DNA of 64,000 nt from a virus. The translations under genes and the position numbers were made by a program. How positions within the stretch are numbered: position 1 is the first letter of the stretch; every line of letters begins with the position of its first letter. Shown piece after piece: positions 9,338 to 20,086 of this stretch. The notes under the pieces are model-generated. The model saw only the letters and a list, made by a program, of their open reading frames with translations. It was not told the DNA's origin and did no database searches. Location: positions 7,199 to 71,198 of IMG/VR virus record IMGVR_UViG_3300041409_000508. One strand, 5' to 3'.

Positions 9338-9738
9338 AGCAGCGAAGTCGGTTGCTTCGGAGCAGCATGTACCAGAAAAAAGACTCTCCCTAGCAAGGTT
9401 ATAGCAATGCCGGTGTATCCGATGCTGGCGATGAGCCCTTGAGTGTGCAAACCCAGCACGACTCCACCACCGAATATCGCACAACCAAGAGCGAGAAGCA
9501 CCAACCCGGATACTTCCCATAATGCAGAAGCTTTGATGACACTAGCGATCGTCAGCATAGCTCCGATGACCAACAGAGCACCCATAATGCGGATGACCAC
9601 AGCACCGCCAAGATTAGCAAAACTCTTAGACGCGCCATCACCGAGTATCAGTGCAGCAATCCCAACGATTAGGAGAGCAATCGGAAACACTACCGGAGTC
9701 TGTGTTTTCTTCCATGCTAGGTAGAGCTTTCGGAACAC
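9334..9738 (-). CDS. Four-TM membrane protein
   Basis: AGGAGG SD before GTG 9738; four hydrophobic helices. Confidence 0.65.
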   Translation of the reverse strand: MFRKLYLAWKKTQTPVVFPIALLIVGIAALILGDGASKSFANLGGAVVIRIMGALLVIGAMLTIASVIKASALWEVSGLVLLALGCAIFGGGVVLGLHTQGLIASIGYTGIAITLLGRVFFLVHAAPKQPTSLL

Positions 9739-9748
9739 TATAGCCCTC

Positions 9749-10510
9749 CTATTTATAAGCGATATAGAGTGACACAATAGTGCCGATAGCCGCAACCGCG
9801 CCAAGAATGTATACCCACAGCGCATTGATGCCGGCACCTTTGCCTTCACTTCGTGTGAGTCGATCAGCGATGTCTTGTACTTGAACGGATATGCGGTCAT
9901 ACTCAGCCATCACCACGTCACGAGGGACGAACGCCTGTAATCGAGTCGTCATCTCTTGGATACGTTCGGTATTACGGTTAGCTAACGCTTCAGCTTCTTT
10001 ACGTGTGATAAGAGATGCCATCTGCGTAGTCACTGTATTCTGTAGACTGGTGATTCCTACAAAACGCATCTCAGTAGCTACTTCAGCTTTCGCAGTCGCT
10101 TGGTTCGCCGCGATCAATGCCGCATCGATAGCCGTCCGCTGAGCGGTGATAGCAGCTTCGATTGCTTTAGTTTGTGCCTCGAACCGTTGCTGCTGACGTA
10201 ACTCCATATCAGCACTACGAGAGTTGCTTGCATCGATCTGTGCCTCGAACCGTTGTTGGTTGCGTAGCTCCATGTCAGAAATGCGGGCATTGATGTATTC
10301 CAGCAGGGTAGAAACGGTCCATCCGCCACTAACTTCTATTGGAGTTTTACGCATTACCCACGGCATTACAGAATCCTGCCCGTAATGGTTGTAATGCTCA
10401 AACAGCCGCGACCAGTGATCGCCTGCTTCAGTGGTGTCCTGGTTGATGATATGACGATAGTCGCGGCGAGACAAATAACGAATAGCGCGGCGAGAAGGAT
10501 GGTCACTCAT
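9749..10510 (-). CDS. Coiled-coil protein with C-terminal TM helix
   Basis: Internal repeat DMELR(N/Q)QQRFEAQ; hydrophobic C-terminus; start uncertain. Confidence 0.6.
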   Translation of the reverse strand: MSDHPSRRAIRYLSRRDYRHIINQDTTEAGDHWSRLFEHYNHYGQDSVMPWVMRKTPIEVSGGWTVSTLLEYINARISDMELRNQQRFEAQIDASNSRSADMELRQQQRFEAQTKAIEAAITAQRTAIDAALIAANQATAKAEVATEMRFVGITSLQNTVTTQMASLITRKEAEALANRNTERIQEMTTRLQAFVPRDVVMAEYDRISVQVQDIADRLTRSEGKGAGINALWVYILGAVAAIGTIVSLYIAYK

Positions 10511-10654
10511 TGACCTCCCGACTCATCGGAATAAACAACACACGAGGTACACCGGTCTCTACAAGCGCTCGCAACACCGATAACGCGGCTTCGTTGTAAC
10601 CGTGCGATATGTCGTAGATAGCGTCATCCGCCATGTGCTTCTCTTTGGTGTCCA

Positions 10655-13600
10655 TTAAATGATCTCCGTGTCACCTTGAGTCGTACCTGATATATCGGTG
10701 TCCCCGACTGCAGTGCCACTCAGTGATGTGTCACCTGAAGCTGAGCTACTGACGAGTACCGTGTCCTGGCTGAGCTGTGTCAGAGCTACCGCGCCTACCG
10801 CCACGGTGTAGGTCAGCGTGACCGAGCCGACTTGTGGTGGCCACGGTGGCGGGGTGTAAACGGTCGCTGCCAGGACAGCGCTGGCCAGCGTGAGGACTGA
10901 GACGTCAGCGAACTTCAGTTGCCGAGCCGTGAGCAGCGCTGAGCTGGTAGTGGTCGCTGTCAGCGCCGCGGCGTCAGCGCGGCCGGCCAGCGCAAGGACC
11001 GATGTGCTGGTCGCTGCGCTGACTGATGCACGATCGGTACGCGTCGCTGTAACCAGCGCTGCAGCGGTAGTCGAACTGGCCAGCACTGCAGTGTCGGTGC
11101 GATGCGCGGCCAGCGTGGCTGAGCTGGTAGTCGTTGCGCTGACAAGACCAACGCCGCCGACCACAGCAGAGACAGAGCTGCTGGCGGTCGTTGTGCTGGC
11201 CAATGCTGCAACATCGGTCCGTGTCGCTGTCAGGGAAGCTGTGCTAGTCGTAGCCGAGTTAACAGTGCCGGTCTGAGTCCGGGTACTGATGACCGAGCTA
11301 GCCGCGGTTGTCGTGCCGGTCAGCGCAGCGCTGTCAGAGCGAGTAGCGGTGACCAGAGCTGTGCTGGCCGCGCTGCCGGTAGCTGCGCCAGGCCCTACAG
11401 CCAGAGCGGAGACGCTGGCACCAGCTGTAGTAGTGGAGCTGGTTGAGACCGCATAACCAGCGCTGACGGCCGTCGCGCTAGTAGTCGTAGTGCTGACAGC
11501 AGCAGTGTCGGTACGAGTAGCGGTAACCGTGCTGGCTGTAGTAGTCGAACTAGTCAGTGCCGCAGTATCGGTACGGCTTGCTGTGATCGCTGCACTATCA
11601 GTTGTCGCGCTGGCCAGAGCTGCAGTGTCAGTTCGAGTCGCAACAATCGACGCATTGGCTGTTGTCGACGCAACAATGGTAGTCGTAACCGCGAGAACTT
11701 CGACTGCGACGATCGAATAAGTTTGACTCGGAGTAGTGAGGCCGACTGTCTTAGATCCTGCTGAGCCGGCATCAGCGTGGAACCCACCGTAGACAGTGTA
11801 TTTAGTGGAAAGGAAGTTGTAGGTTTCTTCAGTGAAGGCGCCGGCACCGGTACGCCACACCCGAGAAGCACCGTCAGCAGCATTGAAGTCGGCGTTAAAG
11901 ATAACTACAGCAGAATGAGCGGCTGTCGTTGTAATAGCTAGCGTCGGTGCTGCTGAAGCCCCATTGCCTATCGCGCTGTTGCCTATTCCTGTCGATGACG
12001 AGAACCGCTCGACAGTGAAACCCCACTCTTTGGTACCGCCAGCCCGAGCAATAGAGAAGGTAAATGTTTCTGCAGTGGTCGCAGTCGCTGTCCAGGCGTA
12101 GAGCGTGTTGCGACCAGTAACATTGACCATGGACTGTGGCAGAGACCAGATAAGGCTGGTGCCACCGGTCGGCGTTGAGATGGTCTCTGTCGTGAAACAG
12201 GTAGCGCACGCGACCAGCACGTCGCCGACAGCAGTAGTGACAGAGACCGTCTTAGGGCTGGTGGTGGTCGTCCACGAGCCTTCGTACTTGGCGACGAACA
12301 CCGGAGCAACAGGAGCCACCGAAAGCCCGGTGACCGTGGTGCTAGCTGTTGTCGCTGAGGTCAGTGCTGCAGTGTCGGTACGAGCTGCAGCGGTTGACAC
12401 TGCTGCAGTTGTCGAACTGGTCAGTGTGGCGCTGTCAGCCCGAGTAACGACCACACTGGCAGCCGCAGTGACTGTGCTGGCTAGAGCTGCTGTGTCAGTC
12501 CGGCTAGCCACAACGCTGGCTGCAGTCGTAGTAACCGGGCTAGTGGTTGCCGGCCCTACAGCAGCCGCTGAGATGCTGGCGCTGGCTGTTGTGGTTGTGC
12601 TGACGGCTACGGCATAGACCGCGGTAACTGCCGCTGCTGACGTTGTAACTGCGCTGACTGCCGCAGTGTCAGTGCGCGCTGCGGTGATCGAAGTAACCGC
12701 AGTGCTGGCGCTCGTCAGACTAGCTGTGTCGGTACGTGATGCCGCGGATGTGAACCCAACAGTAGTAGCGGCAGTGACGACGCCAGGATTGATGGCGCTG
12801 GCAATAATAGATATGCTGGCTGTAGTAACCGAGCTGATTGCCGCTGTGTCGGTACGAGCAGCTGTTAGTGCTGCTGCGCTAGTTGTCGCTGAACTGACGT
12901 TAACATTACTGACGACAACAGCAGACACTGATGCGCTGGCAGTAGTGGCTGAGCTAAGGCCGGCTACATCAGACCGAGTTGCGATGATGCTGGCGTTAGC
13001 AGTACCGGCAGAGCTGAGAACTGCTGTGTCAGTCCGACTAGCCGCAATACTTGTGCCAGCTGTGGTGACCGCATTGACAACGATCGTCAGCGCGATGATC
13101 TCGACAGCGACAGCCGAGTAAGGGAAACTCGGCGCCGACATTCCCAACGTTTTGGCGCCTGTTGTGCCGACGTTTTTGTAATGTGCGCCGTAAGAAGTGT
13201 AGTGCGTCGCGAAGATGACGAATGTATCCGAGACTACTGCGCCAGACGTGAGATACGTCGCAGCAGTGCTGCCACCGTTGAAGTCGTTAGCACCGAACAC
13301 GCACAAGCTGTTAGGAGCTGTTGTGGTGAGGCTGGCGGTCGGCGCCGCTGAGGATGCGTTACTGGTAGCGGTTGCCACACCAGCGCCGTTGCTGTTGCTG
13401 AACTGGTAAGCGACAATGCCGCTTGCGCCACCACCGCTGTTTACCGCCGACAGTGTGAAAGTCTGGTTAGTAGCAGACTTATTCGTCGTCCACAGATAAA
13501 TGTTGTTGGTACCTGTGACGTTGACTACCGATGCCGCCAGCGTGTATGTGAGACCCGTGCCGCCAGTCGGAGCGCTGAACGTGACCGCAGTGGACTGGCT

Positions 13601-13993
13601 GTAGGCGATGACAGCGAGAACATCACCGGCGTTGACTGTGACTGATATCGTCTTCGGCGACGCTGTCAGCGGAAAATCGGAGTCGGTCTCGTAAGCCGTG
13701 ACGAGTACCGGCGAAACAGGAGGGGTTGAGCTTGCCGAGACGGTGGCACTGGCTGTAGTAGCCGAAGTTACCACACCAGTGATCGTGACGTTAGCGGTGA
13801 CTGTCGCTGCCGATGTAATGGTCGTGGCAGTGTCGACATTGTTGGGCGCTAATGCACTGGTGACTGTCGCAGCAGCGGTGGTAACCGCAGCGACATCAGC
13901 GAAGGCATCGAACAGACGCCACGTCGGATACGAATACGGATCATAGATGAACTGCAGACGGCTGGGTTGCCCGCTGGCGCCACCGCGAGCCAT
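10655..13993 (-). CDS. Large Thr/Ala/Ser-rich virion (tail fibre-like) protein
   Basis: 1112 aa; many RTDTAA repeats; two copies of a globular domain starting SPKT(I/V)SVT..GDVL. Confidence 0.75.
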   Translation of the reverse strand: MARGGASGQPSRLQFIYDPYSYPTWRLFDAFADVAAVTTAAATVTSALAPNNVDTATTITSAATVTANVTITGVVTSATTASATVSASSTPPVSPVLVTAYETDSDFPLTASPKTISVTVNAGDVLAVIAYSQSTAVTFSAPTGGTGLTYTLAASVVNVTGTNNIYLWTTNKSATNQTFTLSAVNSGGGASGIVAYQFSNSNGAGVATATSNASSAAPTASLTTTAPNSLCVFGANDFNGGSTAATYLTSGAVVSDTFVIFATHYTSYGAHYKNVGTTGAKTLGMSAPSFPYSAVAVEIIALTIVVNAVTTAGTSIAASRTDTAVLSSAGTANASIIATRSDVAGLSSATTASASVSAVVVSNVNVSSATTSAAALTAARTDTAAISSVTTASISIIASAINPGVVTAATTVGFTSAASRTDTASLTSASTAVTSITAARTDTAAVSAVTTSAAAVTAVYAVAVSTTTTASASISAAAVGPATTSPVTTTAASVVASRTDTAALASTVTAAASVVVTRADSATLTSSTTAAVSTAAARTDTAALTSATTASTTVTGLSVAPVAPVFVAKYEGSWTTTTSPKTVSVTTAVGDVLVACATCFTTETISTPTGGTSLIWSLPQSMVNVTGRNTLYAWTATATTAETFTFSIARAGGTKEWGFTVERFSSSTGIGNSAIGNGASAAPTLAITTTAAHSAVVIFNADFNAADGASRVWRTGAGAFTEETYNFLSTKYTVYGGFHADAGSAGSKTVGLTTPSQTYSIVAVEVLAVTTTIVASTTANASIVATRTDTAALASATTDSAAITASRTDTAALTSSTTTASTVTATRTDTAAVSTTTTSATAVSAGYAVSTSSTTTAGASVSALAVGPGAATGSAASTALVTATRSDSAALTGTTTAASSVISTRTQTGTVNSATTSTASLTATRTDVAALASTTTASSSVSAVVGGVGLVSATTTSSATLAAHRTDTAVLASSTTAAALVTATRTDRASVSAATSTSVLALAGRADAAALTATTTSSALLTARQLKFADVSVLTLASAVLAATVYTPPPWPPQVGSVTLTYTVAVGAVALTQLSQDTVLVSSSASGDTSLSGTAVGDTDISGTTQGDTEII

Positions 13994-14001
13994 AAGACCG
14001 C

Positions 14002-14799
14002 CTAGCTTATGTCAGAATGAATCGCTACTGGGTTGGTAAGCCCTCCGCTTGGTGAACCGAGACCCGCACGAAACGGTGCCGGGCCTGGGTATCCCGTGGT
14101 GTTCAGCTCCCAGTTCGAGAAATAAGTATTCGGTTGGTTCGTCTGATAGATCACGTCTTCGGCGAGACTGAATATATTCGCTGTCGTGGTACCGAAGTTC
14201 TGGGAGACCACACTTTGCGACACGTTCGGCACGTCACCGTCGACATTGACGCCCATAAATACCTGCAGGTCAGCTATGCCGGCACTAGTGCCTAGGAGGA
14301 AGTGGCATTCTATTCGGTACCACGTATTAGCAGTGGCGACCAATCCGGCCTGAGTGTAGGTTGTGGCCGTGTTATGGTTGTAAAGATAAAATTGACCCTT
14401 GTTAGCTCCCGAAGTGGACAGAGCAACGCTGACACCGTGCGCGGCGTTCGCTACGGTATACGTGGAAAACAACCCGAGGTCATTGTTGGTGTTCGTTGCT
14501 GTCGACGTAAGATACACGTAGAACCGGGTCCATATCTCTGCCTGTGTCCCCATCGATGACGTCCATGCGACCGTGGGAAACGTGGTTGCTGTACCAGCGC
14601 CACTCGCAGTTTTCAGCACGTATTCTGCTGTGGGCCTGCTCAGCGCGGCCAGGTCACTGCTCGCGTATTGCAGAAGTACGCCTGTCCCACCCACCCGAGC
14701 GATATCGAAGGGACTTTGTGTTCCGCTCTGGTTCGAGTTGCCGGTTGTGACGGTAGTCCCGTCGGGGCCGCCCTCGAAGTTGTTGAATAACGTAGGCAT
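14002..14799 (-). CDS. Minor tail protein (beta-sandwich/lectin-like)
   Basis: NNFEGG start, WYRIE motif, tail-operon position. Confidence 0.6.
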   Translation of the reverse strand: MPTLFNNFEGGPDGTTVTTGNSNQSGTQSPFDIARVGGTGVLLQYASSDLAALSRPTAEYVLKTASGAGTATTFPTVAWTSSMGTQAEIWTRFYVYLTSTATNTNNDLGLFSTYTVANAAHGVSVALSTSGANKGQFYLYNHNTATTYTQAGLVATANTWYRIECHFLLGTSAGIADLQVFMGVNVDGDVPNVSQSVVSQNFGTTTANIFSLAEDVIYQTNQPNTYFSNWELNTTGYPGPAPFRAGLGSPSGGLTNPVAIHSDIS

Positions 14800-15260
14800 T
14801 ATTGCTCGATATACAGGTTAATAGCCACTGGGCTGGCCAGCGTAGAAGTTGCACGAAGACACCGAAGCACGGAGATAGGCTGATAAGTCTCCCGGCCGAA
14901 CGGATCAATAATGGAGTACATACCGGGCAATGGGATCAACAGTGTGGTAAGAATGGCCACTGAGGTAGGCTCGACAGTGTCAAGAATCTTCACAGTACCC
15001 AGTACCGCGGCGACACTCTGGTCAACACCCCATTTCAGCGGGGTATATGTAGTGCCAGTGCCGGTCACTGTATAGGTACACCAGCTCAGCGTCAGCGATC
15101 CGGCTGCCGTCGCTCCACTGGTTACCTCCATTTTGTACACCACAAAAGGCATCGTTGACGCGCTGGGGATCTCGATCAGCGTTTTGGCGGTAGCTGCCAC
15201 CATGGTAGCCGCACCAGTGGAGATGCAATACTGAACGGCCACTAGCCGACCTCCCCGCAC
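14799..15260 (-). CDS. Putative minor virion protein
   Basis: Beta-rich composition; coupled to neighbouring genes. Confidence 0.55.
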   Translation of the reverse strand: MRGGRLVAVQYCISTGAATMVAATAKTLIEIPSASTMPFVVYKMEVTSGATAAGSLTLSWCTYTVTGTGTTYTPLKWGVDQSVAAVLGTVKILDTVEPTSVAILTTLLIPLPGMYSIIDPFGRETYQPISVLRCLRATSTLASPVAINLYIEQ

Positions 15261-15462
15261 TCATGGATGATCGGTCCATCAGGAGCGGTGCCACTGCGCA
15301 TACGCAGCCCGATCACTTTCCCGTCTTCGACCGTTTCGTAGACAGCCGTACCATCGGGAATATCAGCATCGCACCCAGTACACTTATAGATGAAGCCGTT
15401 GTGCTGTACGAGTGGAACATCAGTTATATGAATCGGCACCGGAAACGACTTGAATTTAGCCA

Positions 15463-16002
15463 CTATTCTCCCGTCGCGATGCCGGCCATGGCATTCCATG
15501 AATTGTTGACTGTGTTGAACAAGTTGGTATCGGTTTCCATTTTCTGCACAGTGCCGGTCGCAGCTCCCACACCGTTGGCAGGCTGCGGAATGGAGAACGT
15601 AGTGGTGCTGAGCACTGTCGCCACCCAGGTACCGTTAGCGCTGGTGTTCACAAGATGATTCAAGATCTCCACTACATCACCTGAGGTAAGGCTGTGCGCG
15701 GCAGCCGTCGTGATCACCGAAGGGTTGGCATTCGTTGATGATGCGATGTTGACCGGATTGAACCAGTTCAGTGACGATGCCGGATCAGATGCGACTAACG
15801 CAACAAATCTAGGCAGTTGTGAATCGGGACTCATAAGAATCAAATTCGCCTGCCCCCGACGCTTAGCCCACACCGCTGATGTCTGCGCACCCTGAGCTTC
15901 AAGCTCGATCGTCACCGAAACTTTGACTATCACTGCTCGGACACGTGCGTTAAATGACACGTCAGCAACAAGCTGACCACTTTGACCTAATGTCAATGCC
16001 AT
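15463..16002 (-). CDS. Virion protein with FCCH-like beta domain
   Basis: NPSVITTAAAHSLTSGDVVEI...NGTW motif common in phage tail proteins. Confidence 0.6.
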   Translation of the reverse strand: MALTLGQSGQLVADVSFNARVRAVIVKVSVTIELEAQGAQTSAVWAKRRGQANLILMSPDSQLPRFVALVASDPASSLNWFNPVNIASSTNANPSVITTAAAHSLTSGDVVEILNHLVNTSANGTWVATVLSTTTFSIPQPANGVGAATGTVQKMETDTNLFNTVNNSWNAMAGIATGE

Positions 16003-16044
16003 TCAGCAACCTTCCTAGAATAGCTGCAAAGCTTGTTGCAAGTA

Positions 16045-16431
16045 TTAGGCAGCAATCGGCGTAAAACTCAGCGTAATTGTGGTAAAATTGAGTGTAGATC
16101 CGTTGATTACCGCCTGACTGGAAGTGAGCGCCGCACTCTGCCAGAAATTGCCTACAGTAGCTGAGTCCCAAAAACTCACATGCGTGATGGTCTCGGTAGC
16201 GGTCATTGAATAGCCAGAGATCGAGGACAGTGCCATGGAGCCACCGGACGGCGCAGCCCAGGTCACCGCGTTACGCGTAGTCACCGCACTGGTCGCGGTC
16301 GTACCGGCAGCGCCAGGGTCAGCTGTATGCAACTTCATGAACATCCCACTGGCAGGAGCGGTGATATTGGTCGCTCGATACACATTGAGAAACGCATTAG
16401 CAGCGGTAGTAGCCGCTAGCCCTACAGTCAT
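16045..16431 (-). CDS. Phage tail fibre-associated protein
   Basis: KLHTADPG...TITHVSFWDSATVGNF family motif. Confidence 0.75.
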   Translation of the reverse strand: MTVGLAATTAANAFLNVYRATNITAPASGMFMKLHTADPGAAGTTATSAVTTRNAVTWAAPSGGSMALSSISGYSMTATETITHVSFWDSATVGNFWQSAALTSSQAVINGSTLNFTTITLSFTPIAA

Positions 16432-16564
16432 GACTCATCATCCTTCGGTGGGATCGGTTTACCCTCATCATCAAATGTGGTGCCGAGAGGGTGAGTGACA
16501 GTCGCTCCCACCTCTATCTGTATTCCGGTATTAAACCCATCCGGCTCTTCAGGCATGCCGCTCC

Positions 16565-16984
16565 CTAGTCATTATCAGCATCAAAAGACACCTCGAAGAT
16601 CTCATCTATAATTCGAGCAACAAAACCTGTTACCGGGTCGATCAACTCAGCTTGTATAAGCACCAGCGGGCATCGCCAGGTCTCTGTCTGAGTCGGCGTG
16701 ATGTGTAGCTGCACCTGATCGATCGGCTGAGACGTCATGATGGTGTTAGTGCCGGCTGTCGCCACTCCGTCAGTGCCGGTCGGCGTGGTGTTCCACGTAG
16801 CGACGATAGGATCGAGCATCCGGTAGTGATAGATTCGGCGGCCGAGTACCCGACGCTGATAGCGTGCTCGTGCTACTCCAGTTACCTTGTAACCGGTGAC
16901 GTTCATTTGCAGGCCGGTGCGCACGTCGATCAGGTTGTTAGCGGTGATCCAACAGTCGGTACCTTGTCTGATGATGTCACTCAC
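16565..16984 (-). CDS. Putative tail/baseplate protein
   Basis: IRQGTD start resembling BppU-like N-termini; operon position. Confidence 0.5.
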   Translation of the reverse strand: MSDIIRQGTDCWITANNLIDVRTGLQMNVTGYKVTGVARARYQRRVLGRRIYHYRMLDPIVATWNTTPTGTDGVATAGTNTIMTSQPIDQVQLHITPTQTETWRCPLVLIQAELIDPVTGFVARIIDEIFEVSFDADND

Positions 16985-17042
16985 TTAAAAATCACCACCG
17001 ATCTCTCCGCCGTAGAAGATGGTAGGATCGGACAGTAAGAAA

Positions 17043-17095
17043 CCCCAGCGACGGCAGCAACCGCCCTGGGGTGTGGCTCAACCTGAGAGAGCAGG
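17043..17095 (+). promoter_or_regulatory. Hairpin leader of the HNH endonuclease gene
   Basis: ccccag..cgg/ccg..ctgggg stem, then cctg-agagag-cagg enclosing the SD; TGG-TAGGAT extended -10 at about 17020-17028. Confidence 0.5.
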
Positions 17096-17101
17096 CCGAA
17101 C

Positions 17102-17902
17102 GTGAGCGAGTCTACCTCTGACACCGAACAGTGGCTACCTGTTGTCGGATACGAAGGTTACTACGAAGTATCTGATCATGGCCAGGTCCGAAGTTTAGAT
17201 CGTTGGATACTGACGAAAACTGACGTACGCCGATTCTTATCAGGATGCATCTTACGGCCTGCAATCGGATCGCACGGATATTTAGCTGTCATCTTAAATA
17301 TGACTGGTAATCGACAATGTAAATGCGTGCATGACTTAGTATTACGTGCTTTTGTTGGACCGCAACCTGCGCCAAATATGGAATGCTTACATGGGCCTAA
17401 CGGTAAACTTGATAATCGTCCTGAGCATTTGTCTTGGGGAACGCGTTCTGATAACATGCTTGATACGAGTATTCATGAGACAAATCATAACCGCAATTTG
17501 ACTCACTGTCTTCGAGGCCATCTCCTCCAAGAACCAAATCTAGTGTCATGCACTAATACAAAAGGGTATCGTAACTGTTTATCGTGTAATCGCGCGATGT
17601 CAACTGAGCGCTATTACAACACAATAGGTAAGGCTTATGATATTCAGAGCGGATCAGATCAGCATTTCTCAGAAATCATGGCAGGTATTTCTCATAAGAA
17701 AGTGTCACATAAAACACACTGCCCTCGTAAGCACCTACTTCAGGCCCCTAATCTCGTATCACATAAGCTGCCGAATCGCTGTTGCTTGTCTTGTAAACGG
17801 GCACAGACTGAGCATCATTATTACACTAAAACAGGTAGAGCTTATGATGTCCAAACGCATGCTGACGCATTCTACGCCAAAATTATGAGTAACAACAAGT
17901 AG
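17102..17902 (+). mobile_element. Free-standing NUMOD4-HNH homing endonuclease
   Basis: EQWLPVVGYEGYYEVSDHGQVRS (NUMOD4); VHDLVLRAF..CLH..DNRPEHL (HNH); two THC.RxH...C.SC repeats; antisense and AT-rich. Confidence 0.9.
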
Positions 17903-17914
17903 TTGATCATGCTC

Positions 17915-18424
17915 TCAAAAATCACCTATGATCGTACTCGGACCAAGGTTCGTCACTGTGATAGCGGTCGGAACTATGGCGTTAGCATTACCGGTACCAG
18001 CGATACGCACGATAGATCCCGCGAAATAATCCAACTCCGCGGTTGTCGTCTTATAAAGAAGAGAGACATGCCCATGGTTAGGTTGTGGTGAGACGTAGAC
18101 ACCGAAGGCAGCGGCTTCACCGACGATCGTTCCCGATACACTGGTCAGCCTTACTCGCATGGTGACATCAGTCGCGGCTATTGTGACAGTGAAAGCACAG
18201 TAGAAATCAATGAGAAAAACACTGTTAGCCGCGAGTGAAAGAGTCTGTGTGTCACAGACGATCGATTCGATTGTGTTGACAGCCGAGCTGATGCCGGTAC
18301 GCCGCTTACCACCAAGGATGCCGAGGTTATCGACTGCTTGTGCTAAGTTCTGTAATGCTAACGGACCGTTCGGAGCGTCTGATAATGCCGGATAGGGCAG
18401 CGCTAATTTAGACGTATTCGGCAT
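17915..18424 (-). CDS. Minor tail protein
   Basis: LALPYP..SDAPNGP.ALQNLA.AVD N-terminal motif of actinophage tail proteins. Confidence 0.7.
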   Translation of the reverse strand: MPNTSKLALPYPALSDAPNGPLALQNLAQAVDNLGILGGKRRTGISSAVNTIESIVCDTQTLSLAANSVFLIDFYCAFTVTIAATDVTMRVRLTSVSGTIVGEAAAFGVYVSPQPNHGHVSLLYKTTTAELDYFAGSIVRIAGTGNANAIVPTAITVTNLGPSTIIGDF

Positions 18425-18458
18425 CTGCCCCTCTTAAGTTAGACAACGTAATGAGTAA

Positions 18459-19706
18459 TTACACAGCGTAAGTGACCTGCAAATAGGGACGGTATGCTGC
18501 ACTGAATCCATAGCCACGAAAGCCGGAAGCCGAGTCGCTGAAGTTGTACGATCCGCCCAGTACCGAGTTGGCATTGCTGTTGATGATGTTCGCCATCTGT
18601 GAGGAGATGTCAAAGCCGTTCCAGCTGTTGGCCTGCCACAGGTTCTTAACGTCAGCTCCACCGAACCCATTATTAGGGAACGTACCGGCGATTGTTGCGG
18701 TCGTGCTCCACTTGTACGTGAGGTCAGCTGGGATGCTGCTACCTGCGAAGCAGTACAGGAACATCTGTGCGCTGAGCACAGTGGCGCCAGCCAAATCAGC
18801 TCGCATGGTGGTTGCGTCGAACGTCCACATATGCGCTTCATTGCCGTTGCTGCGTCCCGACAGCGACCAGGTGTAGAGGTTGTTGTCGCCATCAGGCGTG
18901 CTGATCGGAGAGCCCGAGCCGTTGTAAGATCGGGAACCGGTGGCGGGATAGACCTTGACGAACGTCTGTTCACCCGATGCCGGTCCTAGCTCAGCTATCC
19001 GCATCCACGAGCCCGCCTGCAACACAGCGGCAGTCGCGTTGCTGGTGTGCTGTCCCATGCGCAACTGCAGTAGCCCACCAGTGTCCGAGGTGGAGAACCA
19101 GGCTTTGGGGTGCGCGATAGCTGAATGCCCCCAACCGAACACCTCTTGCCGGGTGGCATCACCGTAAGCAGTGACAGTGTCGAACAGCAGATGGGTGAAA
19201 CTGGTGTCCTGAGTTCCCCAGTTCGACCACTTACACGCCATGTTCGGTGGCCCATTCCACGCGAAATCCATGTGTGGCGGGCCGGCAGAGTTATACGCCA
19301 AGAAACCATCAACAGCGTACTGTGTGTTCTCATCAAGCAAGAAATTCAACGTACCGGCGTCTACCAGTGCCGTACTCGACACCGGTGTGCTGACATCACT
19401 ACGTATCGATCGATACCGAACCGGATCAATGAAGGTGATGTTTCTGGAGTTGCCGATGTTACCCATAATGATGTAGCCACCAGCAGCTTTGAGCAGCAGC
19501 ACCGTTCCCAGCGACAGGCCGTTCGGCGCACACACCGACAGATTCCGGTAGGTGACCGGCCCTACTGTGACCGTGTTGGACAGCGACGTCGCATCCCACT
19601 GCGTCAACAGCCCGCCGGCGACACCCTGCGCCAGCGTCGGATCAGGTGGTACCGAGCTGGGCGTGATGAACAGTCGAGTCAAGCCGAACGCATCGGGGAC
19701 AGTCAC
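18459..19706 (-). CDS. Minor tail protein
   Basis: Tail-operon position; C-terminal RPYLQVTY motif. Confidence 0.7.
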   Translation of the reverse strand: MTVPDAFGLTRLFITPSSVPPDPTLAQGVAGGLLTQWDATSLSNTVTVGPVTYRNLSVCAPNGLSLGTVLLLKAAGGYIIMGNIGNSRNITFIDPVRYRSIRSDVSTPVSSTALVDAGTLNFLLDENTQYAVDGFLAYNSAGPPHMDFAWNGPPNMACKWSNWGTQDTSFTHLLFDTVTAYGDATRQEVFGWGHSAIAHPKAWFSTSDTGGLLQLRMGQHTSNATAAVLQAGSWMRIAELGPASGEQTFVKVYPATGSRSYNGSGSPISTPDGDNNLYTWSLSGRSNGNEAHMWTFDATTMRADLAGATVLSAQMFLYCFAGSSIPADLTYKWSTTATIAGTFPNNGFGGADVKNLWQANSWNGFDISSQMANIINSNANSVLGGSYNFSDSASGFRGYGFSAAYRPYLQVTYAV

Positions 19707-20086
19707 TGGTCGATGACCACCGCGACAGCCAGCACCCGGTAGGTCAGCGAGCCAGTGCCGGTCACTGTCGAGGTCATCCGGGACAACTCTGTAACCGGCA
19801 GTGGAGCGTTAGCCACCGCGCTGCCGACTGCTGACATCGGTGCGATGTGGCTGCCCAGCACCGGAGTCCAAACCGTACCGTCTGGTGAAGTCTCCATCGA
19901 CACGTCCAGCGTGGCGCTACCGGTGACCGCGGTGACGCACACCCACAGTTCGATGTCGGCGATCGGCAGCTCTACGAAGCTGGCCGAGGTGTAGGTGCCG
20001 GCAGACCGGCCAGCCAGTGGCAGCAGCAGCGTGTCGAGCGGGACGTTGATGCCAGGTGGCAGCGGCACGCAAGCTCCCCTCGCCAT
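19703..20086 (-). CDS. Virion protein, paralog of 30321..30683
   Basis: AGTYTS...TLDVSMETSPDG.VWT motif shared with that gene. Confidence 0.65.
   Translation of the reverse strand: MARGACVPLPPGINVPLDTLLLPLAGRSAGTYTSASFVELPIADIELWVCVTAVTGSATLDVSMETSPDGTVWTPVLGSHIAPMSAVGSAVANAPLPVTELSRMTSTVTGTGSLTYRVLAVAVVIDQ

Noticed and set aside
10890-13946. Many plus-strand ORFs opposite the large tail gene
   Set aside because: They are shadow frames of Thr/Ala/Ser repeat codons with no promoter motif or SD.
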